Source of the DNA: an uncultured Actinomycetes bacterium
GTDB lineage: Bacteria; Actinomycetota; Thermoleophilia; RBG-16-64-13
DNA: 64,000 nt
Direction of reading: 5' to 3'
Assembly (NCBI GenBank): GCA_963841735.1
Contig: CAWJDT010000001.1
Location: forward strand, 1,440,001 to 1,504,000
The notes below the pieces were generated by a model. That model saw only the letters and a list, made by a program, of their open reading frames with translations, was not told the origin of the DNA and ran no database searches. Position numbers and translations under genes: made by a program. Below, in pieces: positions 40,906-50,848 of this stretch; the first letter of the stretch is position 1; each line of letters begins with the position of its first letter.

Positions 40906-41418
40906 GTGAGACGCGAGGTCAAGGGCTCTCAGAATGTCAGCCGGATGTGTTTGGTCTGCGGCGTGGAGAACGCAGCTGGTCTGAAGGCCCGCTTCTTCGA
41001 GGTGGACAACGGTGAATTGGTGGGGGTCTTTCGGCCCCTAGTCGAGCATCAAGGCTATCCTGGCCGCATGCACGGGGGATTGGTGTCGGCCATTCTTGAC
41101 GAGACCATCGGCCGTGCTGTCAGCATCAGCGAAGAGCAGACTTGGGGGGTGACAATCGAGTTCACCATCAAGTTCCGCAAGCCGGTGCCCCTGGATCGCG
41201 AAGTCAAGGCCGTCGGGCGGATCACCCGCGACTCGCGCCGCGTATTTGAGGGGACAGGTGAGATAGTGCTCGATGACGGCACCGTCGCGGCTGAGGCTCA
41301 GGGCAAGTACTTGAAGATGCCCATCGACGAGATCGCCTCCTTCGACTTCAGCGATAACGAATGGTTTGCGGATGTTCTTCCCTTGCCGGATAGCGTGGAC
41401 GTGGGTAGCGAGGGCTGA
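40906..41418 (+). CDS. PaaI-family (hotdog) thioesterase
   Basis: CLVCG..N..GL, HQGYPGRMHGG, ILDE, FRKPVP. Confidence 0.88.
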   Translation: MRREVKGSQNVSRMCLVCGVENAAGLKARFFEVDNGELVGVFRPLVEHQGYPGRMHGGLVSAILDETIGRAVSISEEQTWGVTIEFTIKFRKPVPLDREVKAVGRITRDSRRVFEGTGEIVLDDGTVAAEAQGKYLKMPIDEIASFDFSDNEWFADVLPLPDSVDVGSEG

Positions 41419-41483
41419 CGGGTTTCGGCCGGCGGGCTTGGGGCCGTGATACTGTAAATGAGTTAGGCCGGAGTCTTTCGCCG

Positions 41484-42645
41484 ATGTCTCCGGAGACGCT
41501 GACTCCGCACCGGGAGGTGGGTGACGTGGACACGGGCCATAGTTGGGTTCCGTTCGATCTGCTGGAAGCATTCATGGCGGACGTCTTCAAGGGCGTGGGT
41601 GTGCCCGACGAGGAGGCCCGTGTCTGCGCCGATGTGCTCATCGACGCCGACAAACGCGGCATCGACTCGCACGGCGTGGGCCGCCTCAAGACCATCTACT
41701 ACGACCGCATCGTCAAGGGCGGCATCCAGAAGCCGGTGACGCAGTTCGAGGTCGTGCGCGACCACAAGGCCACCGCGGTGGTCGACGGTCATGACGGCAT
41801 GGGGATGGTCATCGGCAAGCGCTGCATGCAGATGGCCATCGACAAGGCCCGGGACCACGGTCTGGGCATGGTGGTGGCCCGCAATTCCACCCACTACGGC
41901 TTCGCCGCCTACTACCCCCTGATGGCTGTCGACGCCGGCATGATCGGACTCACCGGCACCAACGCCCGTCCGTCTATCGCCCCCACCCATGGGGTGGAGA
42001 ACATGCTGGGCACCAACCCGCTGGTCTTCGCCATGCCCACCGACGAGCCGTTCCCGTTCACCAACGACTACGCCACCTCCGTCATCCAGCGGGGCAAGAT
42101 CGAGCAGTGGGCCCGGGAGGGCAAGGACTGCCCGGAGGGCCTGGTCATCAACGAGCGGGGCGAGTCGGCCACCGACTCCGTGCAGATCCTCAAGGATCTG
42201 GTCAAGGGCACCGCGGCCTTGGCTCCCATCGGCGGCCTCACCGAGGAGACCGGCGGCTACAAGGGCTACGGCTTTGCCACTGTGGTCGAGATCCTGTCGG
42301 CGGCCTTCTCGCAGGGAGCCTTCTTGAAGCAGCTCAGGCGGCAAGGATGCAGAAGGCAAGGACATCCCCATCCCCATCGGCCACTTCTTCCTGGCCATCG
42401 ACATCGAGTGCTTCACCGATCTCGCGGAGTTCAAGAAGACCACGGGCGACATCCTGCGCGCGCTGCGCGCCTCCACGAAGGCTCCGGGCAAGGAGCGCAT
42501 CTACACCTGCGGCGAGAAGGAGTATCTCGCCGGGCAGAAGCGCGAGGGCAAGGGCGTCCCGTTGGTGGCCGAGACCCAGCGAGAGCTGCTCACCATGCGC
42601 GACGAACTGGGCTTGGACTACGTGTTTCCGTTCGAGCGCGAGTAG
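41484..42645 (+). CDS. Ldh_2 (type 2 malate/L-lactate dehydrogenase) family oxidoreductase (frameshift near 42336)
   Basis: RGIDSHG, NSTHYG, GTNP, DYATS, GGYKGYG, C-terminal IYTCGEKE. Confidence 0.9.
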
Positions 42646-42654
42646 CGCGTCGAG

Positions 42655-44038
42655 CTAGGCGGTCGGGTCGGTGACTCGGCCCAGGAACAAGAGCGCTCCG
42701 GTCGCGGGGTCGCGCAGAGCGAAAATGAACGGGCGGTCGATCTTGAGCGGCACCACTTCCACCGGGGCGGAGGTCAACCTCATGACGACGGCTGTGGCGG
42801 CGGCAGCCTCAGTGCCCTCTTCATCCACCGCGATGTAGGCTTCGTGGATGACGTCGCTGATATACAGCCTCTCCTGGGCGGTCATGCCCGAGAAATCGGC
42901 CGTGAGGGGGTCGAAGGCGCTGGTCATTCCCAGTGCTTTGAGGATGTCATTCAGGCCGGCCTGCGTGCGGAACTCGAACTTGGGCATGGTCAGATTGACT
43001 TGAGTGCCCTCGCTTAGCCCGTCTATGGCTTCGTCGATGAGTCCGGTGGCCAGGTTGCTCTCTACCTCGGCAAAGCGCCCGCTCATCGGGGACGATCAGC
43101 AGCATGGATAGTTCATCGCGTAGATAGGGGAGTTCGATCGCCTGCCAGCCGTTTCCGGTGGCATACGGAAACGAGGACTCCTGGTTCATCATGGGGGCGG
43201 TGACCTTCTGGCCGGCCAGAGTGGTGAACTGCCTGTCGGTCGTCAATCGGGGATCGAACTGGTTGGCCCAGGTGGCGTCCAGGTAGACGGCGTTTACCAG
43301 CACCAGCCGGGTGAGGGAGTCGAGCGTGCCCTCGGGGATGAGTTCCGGGATCTTGTCGTTGGTCTCACCGGCCACCCACTGGTTGATGGCTTTGCGGGCG
43401 GCCTCGGCGGCGGTCTTGTAGTCCACCAGGCGGACGCCGGCGCCGTAGTTGGCGGCCAGAGTGTCGAGGAAGAGCTGCTCGAAGACCAGGTCTTTCTGGG
43501 CCCAGAGGCTGTTGGCGGTCTTGACGAGCACGCCCTCATCGGCGCCCTCTGCGTTCTTGCCCTGCCAGCTCCTTGATTCGAGGGCGACGTCGAGGGAGTT
43601 GAAGGCTTGGTGCAGCGCGTCGCCGGCAAGGGTGAAGTGGAGTGTGGCCGCCATCTCGTCGGCGGTGGTCCCGGCAGCTCCCGCGTAGGTCATGGCTAGG
43701 GCCGTGACGACGCTGGCGGGTGAGAAGACGAGGTTTGCCGTTCGCCGACCTGGCCCGCGAGTACGCCGTACATGTCGGCGCCGAAGTTCTGGAGGCTTTG
43801 CGCCGCGGCTTCCACGTCGGTCTGCGAGGCCGAAGCCGCGAGACGAGATAGCGTCGGACATGGCCAGGAAGGTGCCGTCGGGCGCGGCCCCTACTGTGGA
43901 CGCGGTGGTGTCGGCGCCGCCCCCGCTCCCGCCGCCGCCAGGCTCACCGCCGCAGGAGACGGCGACCAAAGGAAGCGCCGCCAGCGACAGAGCGATGGCG
44001 AGCGTGATGGCGCGTGAGCGACGACTGGCGGTCTTCAT
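42655..44038 (-). CDS. Serpin, lipoprotein-anchored (frameshifted)
   Basis: Lipobox VAVSC; NLVFSPAS, AGAAGTT, INQWV..T...I, LVNAVY, MPKF, hinge DEEGTEAAAAT, DRPF. Confidence 0.92.
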
Positions 44039-44058
44039 GTTGCCCCCTATCGATGCCC

Positions 44059-45214
44059 CTATCCGTGACTCAGCTTGGACACCTTCGCAGACAGGACGGT
44101 TCCGGGCGCTAAGCTTCCTCTGGTGAAAGCCAGGCGGGCGCCTACGCGGCCGCACCCGCCGGGTCTCAGACGGCAGGTGCTGGAGTCGAACCGAGCTCCG
44201 CCGGTTCCGAGCCCATCCATGAACATTCCGAATGGACCTGGATTCTCCGTGATGGCCTTCTGTAGTTCGGTGAAAGGCAAGGGCGAGTCTGGAGCTTCGA
44301 TCGCAAGGGGCTGGTTGATGCTGTCGAGCCACATGCTTCCGCTGATATCGATGCCCAGAAGGCCGTCAGGGTCTTCTCCGGGCGGAGGGGAGACGTGGGC
44401 CGCGACCGCCATCTTCCGCACCTGAGAGTCATCGCAGCCCACCCAGAGGTCGATCGTGAGGCCCTGCAGCATGCTTTCTAACTGGGCCATGACCTCTTCG
44501 AATTCGGCCGGGGATGGCGCGAAGCCCGGGCTCATTTGGGAAGCCAGGGTCCCCGTGGGGTCGACGAGGCTAAGGAACTTCTTGTTCTGCATGAGTGCGA
44601 AAACGTCGACGAACATCTTCCTGAGGTCGGGAGAGCCGGCCATATGAACGGTTTTGACCCCGGCCAAGTCTTCCTCGCCGACTACGCTGAGGTCTTGGAA
44701 CCAGGTCACAGGATCGAACTCCAAATCAGTGAGCAGTTGCTCCATCTCCTTGGGGTCGACTGGAGCGGTCGAGCCTGCGAACATCTGCATGGCCTCGGAG
44801 GGCATCTCGTACCAACTGTCGGCGTAGCTCAGCCAGAAGCCGCTCTCTCGGAATCTCATGCCCATTTCCATGGGCAGTCCCTGCCAGGTCGAGCGAAACG
44901 GTGTACTCAGCAGCCATGGGGTCATCCGTATAGGCGAAGGTGCCGGAGACTGCCATCCCGTCAAGCAGCAGTTGCGCGATCTGCATGCCTTCCGCCGGGA
45001 TCTGGGACTCGTCGGCGTCGAACGTCAGCCCCAAGTCGAAGCCGCCGCTGGCAGCGGTCATGTTGTATGAGGCAGATAAGGCTGCTGCGAGGATGTCTTC
45101 GGGGGAGTCGCTGACTCTCGTGGCACGGCTGGAGGTGGTGCCGCAGGCGGCCGCGCTCAGGATAAGCGCAAAGGCAACAAGGACGGTGATGATGAGGGAA
45201 AGCCTGCTGCGCAT
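44059..45214 (-). CDS. Lipoprotein with LppX/LolA-like beta-rich domain (frameshift near 44875; 3' end uncertain)
   Basis: Lipobox AAAC; VVGEEDLAGVKTVH, DLWVG..D..VRK, IEAP pattern; paralogous to the C-terminus of the next gene. Confidence 0.65.
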
Positions 45215-45312
45215 CGAGTCTCCTTTAGTGTCGGGCGACTTGGGGAAACGCATTCTCACACACGTATCCGCTGGCACGTGTGTTGATTATAGTGGTTGGC
45301 CCAGAAAGGCAA

Positions 45313-45345
45313 CGAGGCGCGGCGCCCGATCGGCGCCGCGCCTCG
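45313..45345 (-). terminator. Hairpin downstream of the zinc-ribbon gene
   Basis: Perfect 14-bp stem CGAGGCGCGGCGCC/GGCGCCGCGCCTCG. Confidence 0.6.
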
Positions 45346-45377
45346 CGCGTTGTGCTTGGTGGTCGGGTATTAGAAGC

Positions 45378-46741
45378 CTAGAAGCCGCCACCTAGGATCA
45401 TCCCGAGGAGCCCTGAGTCTGACGACAGCGCATCCTGCAGGTCGGCGTATGACAGGGGCGATTCGGGCGCTGTAATGGTGGGCGGCTGGCCGCTCGCCAG
45501 GGTGACCGACGCAGTGAGTGTGACGCTCTTGAACATCGAGGAGACGTCGCTCAGCGAGCTGCCCAAGTCACCGGACGCATCCGCGGCCGAGGGCACGATC
45601 TTCATAGTGATCGCGAGCTTGCGGAGCGAATTGTCCTCCTTTGACAGCCACAGGTCCACAGTGGCGTTCTGTAGCATGGCGTCCAGCTGGGTCTGTAGGT
45701 CTGGCGAGCTCCTCGGCGGTGGGTGCGGTGATGTCCAGGCCCGAACTGTCTCCCAGCGGACCCGGCAGCGTTCAGCAGGTTCTGGCCCTCCGGGCTCTGC
45801 ATGAGCACGGTGACGTCGGTGATCATCTTGACCAGGTCGGGGGTGCCGCTGAGATGGACCGAATTCACACCGTCGATCTTCTCACTGCCGACCTCCTTGA
45901 GGTCCTTGAGCCACGCAGAGGGATCAACTGCGAGATTGGTGAGAACATCCTTGATGGCGCCTACGTCCGGCACAGTGCCTGAGTCGGTCAAGCTCTGCAT
46001 CGTGTCGGGGTCGGTCTCATACCACTGGCCGCTGAAGAGAATATAGGGCTTGCCATCCAGAAGCCGGACACCTGCGTCGATACCCTGCCCGAACAGCGAG
46101 GCCGCGACAGTCAGGTCGACCGCAGTTGGTGACTGACTGGTCGCGAAAGTGCCCGAAGCAGTGATGGGGCCTGCAAAGAGCCCAGCCATCTGCTGGTCTT
46201 CGGCCGACATTGCACTTGTGTCGGTTTCGAGTGTGACGGCGATATCGTACGAGCCCGACGCGTTGGCGGCGTTCTCAGAGTTGGCCCAGGAAGCCGCGAG
46301 CCTCTCCTGTGCGTTGGCGTACGAACCGCCACCGCCATCGCCACCGCCGGACACCTGGTCCCAGAACACCACAAAGATCAAGATCGCTGCGATCGCGAGA
46401 ACTAGCACCGAGGCAGCTATGCCTATCCACAGGCCCTTACTACTCTTCTTGGGCGTCTGCCAGGCCGCATTCGGATAGCCACCGCCCGGGGCGTAGACCG
46501 GCTGCTGGTATCCCTGCGGGGGGTAGGTGGGCGGAGTAAACGCCTGGGGTGTAGCCGGTACCGGAGGCGGGGTCGCCGCCGGAGGTGTAGTCGGTACCGG
46601 GGGCGGGGTCGCCGCCGGAGGCTGGGTGCCCTCCGGGGGAGTGGCCGCTGCGGGAGCCGCCTGCTCCGCTACGGTGCCGCAGACACCGCAGAACTTCTGG
46701 GCATCACTTAGAGGGCTGCCGCACTTGCTGCACTGGGCCAT
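45378..46741 (-). CDS. Zinc-ribbon / Pro-rich / single-TM protein with LppX-like ectodomain (frameshifted near 45700-45750)
   Basis: CSKCG..FCGVCG, PPAATPPPVP repeats, TM GLWIGIAASVLVL, VGSEKIDGVNSVH. Confidence 0.75.
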
Positions 46742-46848
46742 AAGAACCTCCTTACAAGCTTTGGGCGCCCTCCCTGTCGAGGCGCACAGACTCATAGAGT
46801 ATAGCTCCGGAGGTGCCTGTTCGACCAACCTTTGGGAGCGGGGCCGTG

Positions 46849-48075
46849 CTATTCTCGGGCCATTGCGGTCTCGATAGCCTCCACTGTCTTGGGGATGGCC
46901 GCCGTGAGCACCTCGGCCCCTTGGGGAGTGATGAGGATGTCGTCCTCGACGCGCACCCCCACACCCTGCTCGGGCAAATAGACGCCCGGCTCCACCGTGA
47001 GCACCATCCCTGTCGCAAGAGGGCCGTCCGGCGTGACGTCATGGACCTCCGCGCCGATGTGGTGACCGATGCCGTGGATAAAGTAGTCTCCATATCCTGC
47101 CCGGGTGATGACCTGATGCGCAGCGTTCTGCAGGTCGGTGAACGTAGCCCCAGGACGGGCGACGGCGATGGCGGCCAGGTTGGCCTCGAGGACCACCTGG
47201 TAGAGGCCTCTTTGCTCGGTGGTGAACTTGCCCCCGGCTGGAAGAGTGCGGGTGACATCGGAGACGTATCCGCCATAGGCGGCGGCATAGTCGATGACGA
47301 TCAACTCACCGTTTTCGACCACCTTGTCGTTGTCGACATAGTGCAATATGGTCCCGTTGACGCCGGAGCCGACTATGGGCTCGAAGGCGGCCTCTCCACC
47401 GTGAGCGCGGAACTCCGCTGTCATGGTCTCGGCGATTTCTCCCTCGGACACGCCTGGGCTTATAAGGCGTAGCGCGGTGTCGAAAGCCGCCTGCGAGATG
47501 GACACAGCCTGCTTGATGAGGTCAAGCTCGGCGGGGGATTTCACCGCGCGCATGCCCGGTAGTAGCTGGGTGCAGTCTTCGAGGGAGATGCCCGGTATCC
47601 GTTCGCAGACCTTCTTGAAGACGGCCAAGTCGGGGGAGACATCGGCCGGGTAGGCTGCGAAGGTGTGGAGGCAGGCCAGACGCTTGGTGCGCCGCGCGGC
47701 CTCGGTTAGGCGCGCCGGCAGGCGGGTCGAGCGGGTAATGCTGGTGAAGCCGGTCTTGGTCTTGAGGGCGGAGTCCAGGGCGGCTCGATCGCCGAACCAG
47801 CGCTCGCTCTCCGGATCGCGGGGCCGGAGGAAGAGGGTGATAGTGCTCTCGGGGTCCTCGGCGCTGGGGTCGAACAGCACGGCCGCGCCGCTTTCGCGCT
47901 CGATGCCGGTGAGGTGCCAGAAGGACCGGTCGGTCTTCCAGCGACCATGTAGTGAACCTGTGCCCACCTCGGTGCCGGCGAAGACTACCGCGGCCGCGCC
48001 CTCCAGAGCCCGCAGCACCGCGGCGCGTCGTTCGGCGTACTCAGCTACAGTGATGGCCGGGCCGGGGGTTTCCAT
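46849..48075 (-). CDS. pepP: Xaa-Pro aminopeptidase (M24B)
   Basis: MRAVKS, LHY, D..A...GYVSDVTRT, HGIGHHIGAEVHD, TVEPG, VRVEDD. Confidence 0.88.
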   Translation of the reverse strand: METPGPAITVAEYAERRAAVLRALEGAAAVVFAGTEVGTGSLHGRWKTDRSFWHLTGIERESGAAVLFDPSAEDPESTITLFLRPRDPESERWFGDRAALDSALKTKTGFTSITRSTRLPARLTEAARRTKRLACLHTFAAYPADVSPDLAVFKKVCERIPGISLEDCTQLLPGMRAVKSPAELDLIKQAVSISQAAFDTALRLISPGVSEGEIAETMTAEFRAHGGEAAFEPIVGSGVNGTILHYVDNDKVVENGELIVIDYAAAYGGYVSDVTRTLPAGGKFTTEQRGLYQVVLEANLAAIAVARPGATFTDLQNAAHQVITRAGYGDYFIHGIGHHIGAEVHDVTPDGPLATGMVLTVEPGVYLPEQGVGVRVEDDILITPQGAEVLTAAIPKTVEAIETAMARE

Positions 48076-48123
48076 TGCCCGATGTTAGCACTCCACTGGA
48101 TTATCATGGTCTTTGCAGGCCGT

Positions 48124-48160
48124 GCCAGCCAGCCAGCCAGCCAGACAGCCAGACAGACAG
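48124..48160 (+). repeat. Tetranucleotide simple sequence repeat
   Basis: (GCCA)5-GACA-GCCA-GACA-GACA-G, nine G(C/A)CA units between pepP and the radical SAM gene. Confidence 0.85.
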
Positions 48161-48169
48161 GGGACCCAC

Positions 48170-49330
48170 GTGCGCCAGCTTGATAGATCTATTGGGATGT
48201 TCTTTCTGAGGAGTCTGCGGGTGAGCCTCGCCAGACCGAGTCAGGCCCTGCAGTTCGCGCGCGTCCTGTGTTGGCAGGCTGGGGCCGCCAAGGTCAGGGC
48301 CGCTTGGCTTAGGCGCGGGGTGACCGTGCCGCCCATCATCATCTTCAGCATCACCCGGCAGTGCAATCTGAACTGCACCGGGTGTTACGCCTTCGCGCTG
48401 CCTCGGGCGGGTGAAGACGCCCCTTCCGGCCCGGCGGGGCATGAGGAACTGAGTGCCGCTAAGCTCGAGAGCATAGTGGCCGAGGCCGTCGAGCTAGGTG
48501 TCTCCTTCTTCGTGATCGCCGGGGGCGAACCCCTCATGCGCTCTGAGATGCTCGACATCGCTGGGCGCTTTCCGCGCGTCACGTTCCTTGTGTTCACAAA
48601 CGGCTTGCTTCTCGACGAGGTCATGGCGGCCAGACTAGCCCGGCTGAGGAACGTGGTCTGCCTCATCAGTCTCGAAGGAAACGCCGCGGAGACCGACGGC
48701 AGGCGGGGAGCGGGTACCCACGAACGGCTGATGCGAGCGATGTCGCTGCTTCAGGGCCGGCATCTCTTTTTTGGCTGCTCTGTGACTCTCACCCGCTCCA
48801 ATCTCGACACTGTGCTCGGTGACGACTTCATCCGGGGCCTGACCAAGGTCGGATGCCATCTATTCCTTCTTCCCGAGTACACCCCGGTGGACGAGACTAC
48901 CGACGACTGGGCGCTCTCCGAACCACAGCGCGAGCAGGTGGTCTCCCGCCTGCGCGGACTCCGCCGGCGTCACCGCGCGGCGGTGGTCGTGGCCGTGCCC
49001 TGGGACGAAGAGCTGGTGGGGGGGTGCCTGGCGGCGGGCCGGGGCTTCGTGCACGTCAACGCCCGTGGCGACGTAGAGCCATGCCCGTTTGCGCCCTACT
49101 CGGATGTAAATCTAAAGGGGTCGGCTCTGGTCGAAGCGCTGCGCTCGCCGTTTTTGGCCGGCCTTCGGGCCATGCCGGAAGCTTCTTCGGAGGCCGGCGG
49201 AGGATGCGCGCTTTGGAAGAACCGGGCGCAGGTGGAGGAGGTTCTCGGCGGTATACTTGATGGCGGCGGTGCGTACCTGCGCACAGAGTTGAAAGTGCCA
49301 ACAAGCCCGGAAGGAGAACCGAATGGCTAG
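48170..49330 (+). CDS. Radical SAM protein with C-terminal SPASM/twitch-like domain (start uncertain: 48113, 48170 or 48197)
   Basis: CNLNCTGC, AGGEP, FTNG, ISLEG, GGCLAAG..H....GDVEPCPF. Confidence 0.9.
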   Translation: MRQLDRSIGMFFLRSLRVSLARPSQALQFARVLCWQAGAAKVRAAWLRRGVTVPPIIIFSITRQCNLNCTGCYAFALPRAGEDAPSGPAGHEELSAAKLESIVAEAVELGVSFFVIAGGEPLMRSEMLDIAGRFPRVTFLVFTNGLLLDEVMAARLARLRNVVCLISLEGNAAETDGRRGAGTHERLMRAMSLLQGRHLFFGCSVTLTRSNLDTVLGDDFIRGLTKVGCHLFLLPEYTPVDETTDDWALSEPQREQVVSRLRGLRRRHRAAVVVAVPWDEELVGGCLAAGRGFVHVNARGDVEPCPFAPYSDVNLKGSALVEALRSPFLAGLRAMPEASSEAGGGCALWKNRAQVEEVLGGILDGGGAYLRTELKVPTSPEGEPNG

Positions 49331-50045
49331 CTGTACTAGTTGCGGTAGCCCTATCGCTGAAGGCCAAGCTTTCTGCGGTGCATGTGGACGGCCGGTGGGC
49401 GCCGGAGCAGTTGCGCCCGCGGCTCCTCCCGCACCCCCGTTGCCGCCGGCGGCCATGGCCGCTCCAGCGGTCCCGCCTCAGCCGCAATATCAGGCGCCGC
49501 CGGTACCCTATGGCCAGCCTGTCTACGGTCCTGGGCCGGGCTACCCACCTGGACCCTGGCAGCAGCCGCGCAAGAGCAATAAGGGCCTGTGGATAGGCAT
49601 AGCGGCCTCGGTGCTGGTTCTCGCGGTCGCGGCGGTCTTGGTCTTTGTGGTGTTCTGGGGCCAGATCTCCGGCGGCGGCGGACCGGAGCAGGTCGCGCAG
49701 AAGCTTCTTAGTGCCATGGAGGACAAGGACATCGACGCGTTCTTCGACGTCCTATCTCCGGGCGCCATCGAAGAGCTCACTGGCGGTTTCATCGGCGCGG
49801 ACTTAGCCAAGGAGATGTTCAAGGAGGAGCTCTTTACGTACGAATCGATGAAGTTCGAGGACGTGAAGATGGTGTCTGAGATCTCGGGCGATGAGGCCAC
49901 GGTCTCGGTTACCGGGGGCACTGTGACCATCACCGAAGACGGGGAGACCACCACCGAAGACGTGAGGTACTCGGATACTCCTGTGGAGTTCTATCTCATT
50001 CGACAGGACGGCAAGTGGTACCTAGATCCATCCACGTTCAACTAG
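49323..50045 (+). CDS. Zinc-ribbon / Pro-rich / single-TM protein with NTF2-like ectodomain
   Basis: CTSCG..FCGACG, TM GLWIGIAASVLVL, GPEQVAQ...LIRQDGKWYL; 8-nt overlap with the radical SAM stop. Confidence 0.75.
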   Translation: MASCTSCGSPIAEGQAFCGACGRPVGAGAVAPAAPPAPPLPPAAMAAPAVPPQPQYQAPPVPYGQPVYGPGPGYPPGPWQQPRKSNKGLWIGIAASVLVLAVAAVLVFVVFWGQISGGGGPEQVAQKLLSAMEDKDIDAFFDVLSPGAIEELTGGFIGADLAKEMFKEELFTYESMKFEDVKMVSEISGDEATVSVTGGTVTITEDGETTTEDVRYSDTPVEFYLIRQDGKWYLDPSTFN

Positions 50046-50088
50046 ACGAGCTCGAGTAGACGGCATCTCTATACTCTGGAGCTGTCTG

Positions 50089-50118
50089 GGTCGGGCGGCT
50101 TGAAATGGCCGCCCGACC
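50089..50118 (+). terminator. Hairpin after the zinc-ribbon gene
   Basis: GGTCGGGCGGC/GCCGCCCGACC 11-bp stem. Confidence 0.55.
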
Positions 50119-50123
50119 TACTC

Positions 50124-50151
50124 TTGACAAACCGGCCTTCATATTTATAAT
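50124..50151 (+). promoter_or_regulatory. Consensus sigma70/SigA promoter of the RRM gene
   Basis: TTGACA (50124-29) N16 TATAAT (50146-51). Confidence 0.85.
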
Positions 50152-50275
50152 GCGCGCCAACATACGATAGGAATTTTCTTCAGGCGCAGCGCCGAGCTCC
50201 CCGATCTCCCCGCTCAGTCTCCAGTCTCTCCCTTTCGTTTGTGGGTTAGGTAACCTTTTGTTCTTGGAGGCTGCA

Positions 50276-50644
50276 GTGAGTTCTTCAAAACTGTACGTGG
50301 GCAACCTCAGCTACAGCACCACCGAAGCGAGCATCCGGGCTCTCTTTGAGGCCCAGGGCTCTGTGGTGTCAGTGAATCTCATCACCGACCGCGACTCGGG
50401 CCGTGCCAAAGGCTTTGGGTTCGTGGAGATGGGGTCGCCCGAGGAAGCTCAGAAGGCGAAGGATGCCCTCGACGGCACTGACCTCGACGGCCGCTCACTC
50501 AAGGTTGACACTGCCAAAGAGCAGGCGCCGCGTGCGCCGCGTTCCGGCGGCTACGGCGGTGGCGGCGGCTACGGCGGTGGCGGCGGCGGCTACGGTGGTG
50601 GTGGCGGTCGCGGCGGCTACAGCGGCGGCGGCAATCGCTGGTAG
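50276..50644 (+). CDS. RRM RNA-binding protein with Gly/Tyr-rich tail
   Basis: LYVGNL, KGFGFVEM, GGYGGGG repeats; GGAGG SD before GTG 50276. Confidence 0.95.
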   Translation: MSSSKLYVGNLSYSTTEASIRALFEAQGSVVSVNLITDRDSGRAKGFGFVEMGSPEEAQKAKDALDGTDLDGRSLKVDTAKEQAPRAPRSGGYGGGGGYGGGGGGYGGGGGRGGYSGGGNRW

Positions 50645-50670
50645 TACTCGTCTGACCTCGACGAAACGAG

Positions 50671-50703
50671 AGACGCCGGCCGCGGGGGGCCGGCGTCTTT
50701 TTT
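50671..50703 (+). terminator. Intrinsic terminator
   Basis: AGACGCCGGCC/GGCCGGCGTCT stem followed by a T-run. Confidence 0.85.
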
Positions 50704-50848
50704 GTTGCCGTATGCCTTCGGGAGAACGGGCCGGGGGGCCGTTAGGGCGGCGAGTCTTCTCGCTACAGCGCTTGGCCCTTAGAATGGGTGAGACGGCAAG
50801 GCGAAGTGGTGAAAGCCCAGGAGGCAGTTTTGACCCTACAGAGCACGA

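Noticed and set aside
41484-42645. Very high third-position GC (also 60016-62015) as a sign of horizontal transfer
   Set aside because: Judged by eye only, no mobility genes or boundary repeats; expression-related codon bias explains it equally well
48170-50045. Radical SAM/SPASM RiPP cluster with the Cys-containing downstream ORF as precursor
   Set aside because: The downstream ORF is a 240-aa zinc-ribbon membrane protein; no short precursor or RRE domain is evident
50545-50632. GGC/GGT repeats here and at 26545-26625
   Set aside because: Gly-rich tails of the RRM proteins
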